Part shown: positions 60,307-64,000 of the stretch, one piece after another
How positions within the stretch are numbered: position 1 is the first letter of the stretch
Layout: every line of letters starts with the position of its first letter
Assembly: GCA_963798845.1 (NCBI GenBank)
Contig: CAWCUS010000001.1
Span: forward strand, 32,001-96,000
Length of the DNA: 64,000 nt
Source: an uncultured Gemmatimonadales bacterium
GTDB taxonomy: Bacteria > Gemmatimonadota > Gemmatimonadetes > Longimicrobiales > RSA9
Direction of reading: 5' to 3'
Made by a program: the position numbers and the translations under genes
The notes under the pieces: model-generated
Seen by the model: only the letters and a program-made list of their open reading frames with translations
What the model was told of the DNA's origin: nothing
Databases searched by the model: none

Positions 60307-61721
60307 CTCCTCCCTCCACCCCCGGGCGGTTGCGCGGGCACGGAGTCCGGTGGCGGCACGGAGTCCGGTGGCGGCACGGAGTCCGGTGGCGGCACGGAGT
60401 CCGGCGGCGGTACGGTGTCCGGCGGCGCCACCCCCCCCGCCGCTGGAGGGCGGGCGCCATCTGCTGTATCGGTGGGCAACACCCGGCGCGGCGTGCGGAA
60501 ACGGGTGCTCCCCTCGCCTCCTGGCACGCCGCCGATATTGGTCAGTCCCGACACCGTCACCACGAAGGTGGTGTCCGGCGGCAGAGCGCGGTCGAGGAGC
60601 AGCCCGAGCTCCCGCGAGGGGACCGGCTCCGCGGTCTGCGCGGCGGGCGCGGCCGGCCCGGCGCGGCCGCCCGCCCCGCCGGGTGCGCCCTTCGGCGAAG
60701 GGGTCGGAATCCCGGGGCGGCGGGGGGCGAGCGCGGCGGAGTCCTTCCGGACCAGAGCCGTGTCCGCTGCGGCTCCCGTCGAGTCGGCGCGCGCGCGGCT
60801 GGAATCGGCCGCCGCTTTCTCGGCCGCCACCAGGGAGTCGAGCACGGTGACCTGCACCAGACGCCCCGTGGCGACCGGAGTGCTGTCGGGGAGGAGGAAG
60901 ACGGTGGCGTGGCCGCTGACCGGCCCCGTGCCGAAGAAGTCGTCGAACTGAAGTCGGACGCGCTCGGAGTCCGCGGCTTCGGCGCGGACCAGGTGGGTGG
61001 GCGTGCTGTCGCCGGGGAGGAGCGCCATCTCGATCACTGCGGTATCCAGGGCGGCGACCGTGACCGCGCCGGTATCCTTCGGCTCGGCGAAATCGGGCTC
61101 CCGGTCGCCGTCGGGGTCGAGCCAGGCGACGACACGGTACGAGCCCGCGGGGATGTAGCGCATGGAAAAGAAACCGGCAGTGTCCGTCACGGCCACGTAC
61201 GTGTCCTGGTCGGCGTCACGGGTTGCCTCGACGCGCGCCATCGGCGCGGGCTTGCCGGTCAGCCTGTCTTCGACGAACCCGGCCAGCGCCGTCTCCTCGA
61301 TGGCCGCGCCCGTGCTGAAGACGAGCTCGACGGGCTCGACGCGCTGGTTGTTGAACAGGTCGCGGAACACGGGGAGCACCACCACCCGGTAGACCAGTCC
61401 CGGCTGCCACCCCGCGGACATCGACACCCTGATGTCGCGCCGTCCCCGCTTCGCCTTCACGACCCCTGTCTCCGGCGACACGAGCACCGCCCCATCCAGG
61501 CTCCGCACCCCTTCCAGCCGCTCGCTGAGGCGCTCGTCGAAGCGGATGACCACGGGATCATCCAGGTCCCGTAGCGTGTCGAACGGCATGGGCGTGACGG
61601 ACACGACCCGCGGCGGCGAGTGGTCCGGCTCTCCCCCCGGCGGCGCCTTCGGCTGTGCACACGCCGCGGCCGCCGCGACCGCCGCGGCCGCCAGCCACGG
61701 CGCGGCGACACGCCGCGTCAT
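60294..61721 (-). CDS. Lipoprotein with bacterial Ig-like (Big_5-type) and prealbumin-like domains and a Pro-rich tail
   Basis: Lipobox AAAC followed by PPGGE.D..PP, I.FDE, RDL.NN, FSTG. Confidence 0.75.
   Translation of the reverse strand: MTRRVAAPWLAAAAVAAAAACAQPKAPPGGEPDHSPPRVVSVTPMPFDTLRDLDDPVVIRFDERLSERLEGVRSLDGAVLVSPETGVVKAKRGRRDIRVSMSAGWQPGLVYRVVVLPVFRDLFNNQRVEPVELVFSTGAAIEETALAGFVEDRLTGKPAPMARVEATRDADQDTYVAVTDTAGFFSMRYIPAGSYRVVAWLDPDGDREPDFAEPKDTGAVTVAALDTAVIEMALLPGDSTPTHLVRAEAADSERVRLQFDDFFGTGPVSGHATVFLLPDSTPVATGRLVQVTVLDSLVAAEKAAADSSRARADSTGAAADTALVRKDSAALAPRRPGIPTPSPKGAPGGAGGRAGPAAPAAQTAEPVPSRELGLLLDRALPPDTTFVVTVSGLTNIGGVPGGEGSTRFRTPRRVLPTDTADGARPPAAGGVAPPDTVPPPDSVPPPDSVPPPDSVPPPDSVPAQPPGGGGRRWLR
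60337..60426. repeat. 18-bp tandem repeat x5 (GGCACGGAGTCCGGTGGC), encoding PPDSVP
   Basis: Three exact and two slightly diverged copies. Confidence 0.92.
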
Positions 61722-64000
61722 GCCAGCGCCATCAGCTTGCGAGAGAGCCGGTCACGCTGCTCGGCCAGGCTCGCCGCCTTCTCCCGCTCGCGCTCCACCA
61801 CCTGCGCGGGCGCACGCTCCACGAAATCCGCGTTGCCCAGACGCTTCTCCGTCGACGACAGCAGTGCTTCCACCCGCTCGAGCTCCCCACTCAGCCGCTC
61901 CCGCTCCCGCGCCAGGTCGATCAGCCCCTCCAGTGGCAGGAAAAGCTCTGCGCCGGACTGCAGTACCGCGTGCGCGCCCGCCTGCCGCTCGCCCGCGCCA
62001 TCCAGCACCAGCGTGCCCACGCCCGCAAGCCGACGCAGCGACCGCTCCTCGATCTCCGCCGCCCGGCGCAGCGCGGCCGGCGCGTCCGTCACCTCGACGG
62101 TGACCGAGGCCCTGGCCGGGACGTCGTACTCCGCGCGGATCGAGCGCACTGCGTTGATGAGCTCCTGCAGCGCGTGCATCTCGCTCTCGGCCTCGGCGCT
62201 CTCCCGATCCGGCCTGGGCTCCGGCCACGGCGCGATCATCAGCGAGGCCGCCCGCGTCTGCCCCTCGGGCCATGGCAGCCTGCGCCACAGTGACTCCGTG
62301 ATGAACGGCATGATGGGATGCAGCAGTCGGAACACCCCGTCCAGGACGGCCACCAGCGTCGCCTTCGCCGCCTCGCGGCTCCCCTCCCCGGACTCACCCA
62401 GCATGCGGGCTTTCACCAGCTCCAGGTACCAGTCGGCCACCTCGCCCCAGAAGAACGAGTGGATGGCTTCGGCGACTTCGTGGAGCCGGTAGCTCTCCAG
62501 CGCACCGTCCACACGCCGCGTCGTCTTCGACAGCCGCGACAGGATCCACCGGTCCGCGAGCTCCAAGCGATCCTGGACTGCCTCCGGCGTCCTCACCGGC
62601 TCCTCGCCGAGATTCATCAGCGCGAATCGGCCCGCGTTCCACAACTTGTTGGCGAAGTTCCGGCCGGGCGCGAACGCCTCCTCGAGGTTCTCGTAGTTCA
62701 GCTGGATGTCGGTGCCCACGGCCGCCCCCGCCACCACCGTGTAGCGGAGCGCGTCCGCACCGAATCGCTCCACCACCTCCAGCGGGTCGATCCCGTTGCC
62801 CAGGGACTTCGACATCTTGCGACCGTGGTGGTCGCGCACCGTGGCGTGCAGCAGCACGTCGGTGAACGGTGCCTCGCCCATGAACTCGAACCCCGCCATG
62901 ATCATCCGGGCGACCCAGAAGAAGAGGATCTCGGGCGCAGTGGAGAGCGTGTTCGTCGGGTAGAACGCCTCGAGGTCCTTCGTCCGTTCCGGCCACCCCA
63001 TGGTGCTGAACGGCCACAGCCAGCTGCTGAACCACGTGTCCAGGACATCGGGGTCCTGCTCCAGGCTCGTGCCACCGCACGCGGGGCATTGCGGCGGGTC
63101 CTCGCGGGCCACGATGACCTCGTCGCACCCGTCGCTCCGGCAGTACCAGACCGGGATCCGGTGCCCCCACCAGAGCTGTCGGCTGATGCACCAGTCCCGG
63201 ATGTTCTCCAGCCAGTTCTCGTAGACGGTCTTCCAGTGCTCGGGAGTGAAGCGCACGGTACCGTCCCGGCTGGCCTGCAGCGCCGGCACCGCCAGCGGCT
63301 TCATCTTCACGAACCATTGCTCGCTGAGCCGCGGCTCCACCACCGTGCCGCACCGGTAGCAGCGTGGGACCGAATGCGTGTACTCCTCCACGCGCTCGAG
63401 CAGCCCCTGCGCTTCCAGCGCGGCCACCACCCGGTCGCGAGCCTCGAACCGGTCCAGGCCGACGAACGCCGGAGGCACGGCGTCGCTCATTTCACCCGTC
63501 GGCGTGAGCACGTCGATCTCCGGGAGGCCGTGGCGGCGCCCGATCTCGAAGTCGTTCGGGTCGTGGGCCGGCGTCACCTTCACCGCCCCGCTTCCGAACT
63601 CCGGGTCGACCCAGTCGTCCTCGACGATCGGGATCTGCCGCCCCGTGAGCGGGAGCTCAACCTGCCGTCCCACCAGGTTGGCGTACCGCTCGTCGCCAGG
63701 GTGCACGGCCACGGCGGTGTCCCCGAGCATCGTCTCCGGGCGCGTAGTGGCCACCACGAGGTAGCGTCGCCCGTCCGCCAGCTCAGGCAGGTGCTCCACG
63801 TCCGTGGCCTTCGCCAGCGGATAGCGAAGGTGATACAGGTGCCCCGCCGTCTCCTCCGCCTCCGCTTCCTCGTTGCTCAAGGCCGTACGGCAGCGCGGGC
63901 ACCAGTTGATGATGTAGTTTCCGCGGTAGATCAGCCTTTTCTCGTACAGACGCACGAAGACTTCGCGCACCGCCGCCGAGAGGCCCGGGTCCAGCGTGAA
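61718..64000 (-). CDS. valS: Valyl-tRNA synthetase (5' end outside window)
   Basis: ATTRPET, VKVTPAHD, DWCISRQLWWGHRIP, DVLDTWFSS, KMSKS, C-terminal coiled coil. Confidence 0.96.
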   Translation of the reverse strand, partial: FTLDPGLSAAVREVFVRLYEKRLIYRGNYIINWCPRCRTALSNEEAEAEETAGHLYHLRYPLAKATDVEHLPELADGRRYLVVATTRPETMLGDTAVAVHPGDERYANLVGRQVELPLTGRQIPIVEDDWVDPEFGSGAVKVTPAHDPNDFEIGRRHGLPEIDVLTPTGEMSDAVPPAFVGLDRFEARDRVVAALEAQGLLERVEEYTHSVPRCYRCGTVVEPRLSEQWFVKMKPLAVPALQASRDGTVRFTPEHWKTVYENWLENIRDWCISRQLWWGHRIPVWYCRSDGCDEVIVAREDPPQCPACGGTSLEQDPDVLDTWFSSWLWPFSTMGWPERTKDLEAFYPTNTLSTAPEILFFWVARMIMAGFEFMGEAPFTDVLLHATVRDHHGRKMSKSLGNGIDPLEVVERFGADALRYTVVAGAAVGTDIQLNYENLEEAFAPGRNFANKLWNAGRFALMNLGEEPVRTPEAVQDRLELADRWILSRLSKTTRRVDGALESYRLHEVAEAIHSFFWGEVADWYLELVKARMLGESGEGSREAAKATLVAVLDGVFRLLHPIMPFITESLWRRLPWPEGQTRAASLMIAPWPEPRPDRESAEAESEMHALQELINAVRSIRAEYDVPARASVTVEVTDAPAALRRAAEIEERSLRRLAGVGTLVLDGAGERQAGAHAVLQSGAELFLPLEGLIDLARERERLSGELERVEALLSSTEKRLGNADFVERAPAQVVEREREKAASLAEQRDRLSRKLMALA

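Noticed and set aside
60337..60426. Regular repeats resembling a CRISPR array
   Set aside because: Head-to-tail 18-bp units with no spacers, in frame within a CDS; no cas genes.

Overview
High-GC bacterial chromosomal window. The gene set and style suggest a Gemmatimonadota-like organism, but that is inference only. I found no rRNA, tRNA, CRISPR array or mobile element. From left to right: (1) a cold-shock gene between two saccharopine-dehydrogenase-like genes, then FKBP, a metallophosphoesterase and TlpA-aceK. (2) A redox/metal group: a frameshifted Met-rich Spy-like gene, flavin reductase, a SOD-like lipoprotein and trxC. (3) ligD plus a stand-alone LigD-type Prim-Pol, with no Ku in the window. 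(4) An 18-kb respiratory block: alternative complex III (actA-G), an A2-type caa3 oxidase (coxBACD), then a small ORF with di-heme norC, norB, norQ and norD. (5) A rhodopsin-free ASRT / ThDP enzyme / enolase-superfamily / FAD-FeS oxidoreductase / GH15 operon, followed by antiporter, DUF421, DUF296, SDR and CBS genes. (6) Housekeeping genes (purH, purN, an erpA-type carrier, gmhB, selA, valS) with an orphan histidine kinase and a flippase module. The most notable unexplained signals are: recurring sigma54-type (GG-N10-GC) promoters in front of several stress operons, including one perfectly palindromic bidirectional site; an atypical cNOR with a di-heme NorC, Lys in place of the NorB Ca2+-ligand Glu, a 42-aa leader membrane protein and its own operator; the ASRT-led putative sugar-catabolic operon; and two promoter-hairpin-terminator RNA candidates. 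All calls come from reading motifs by eye; no database searches were run.
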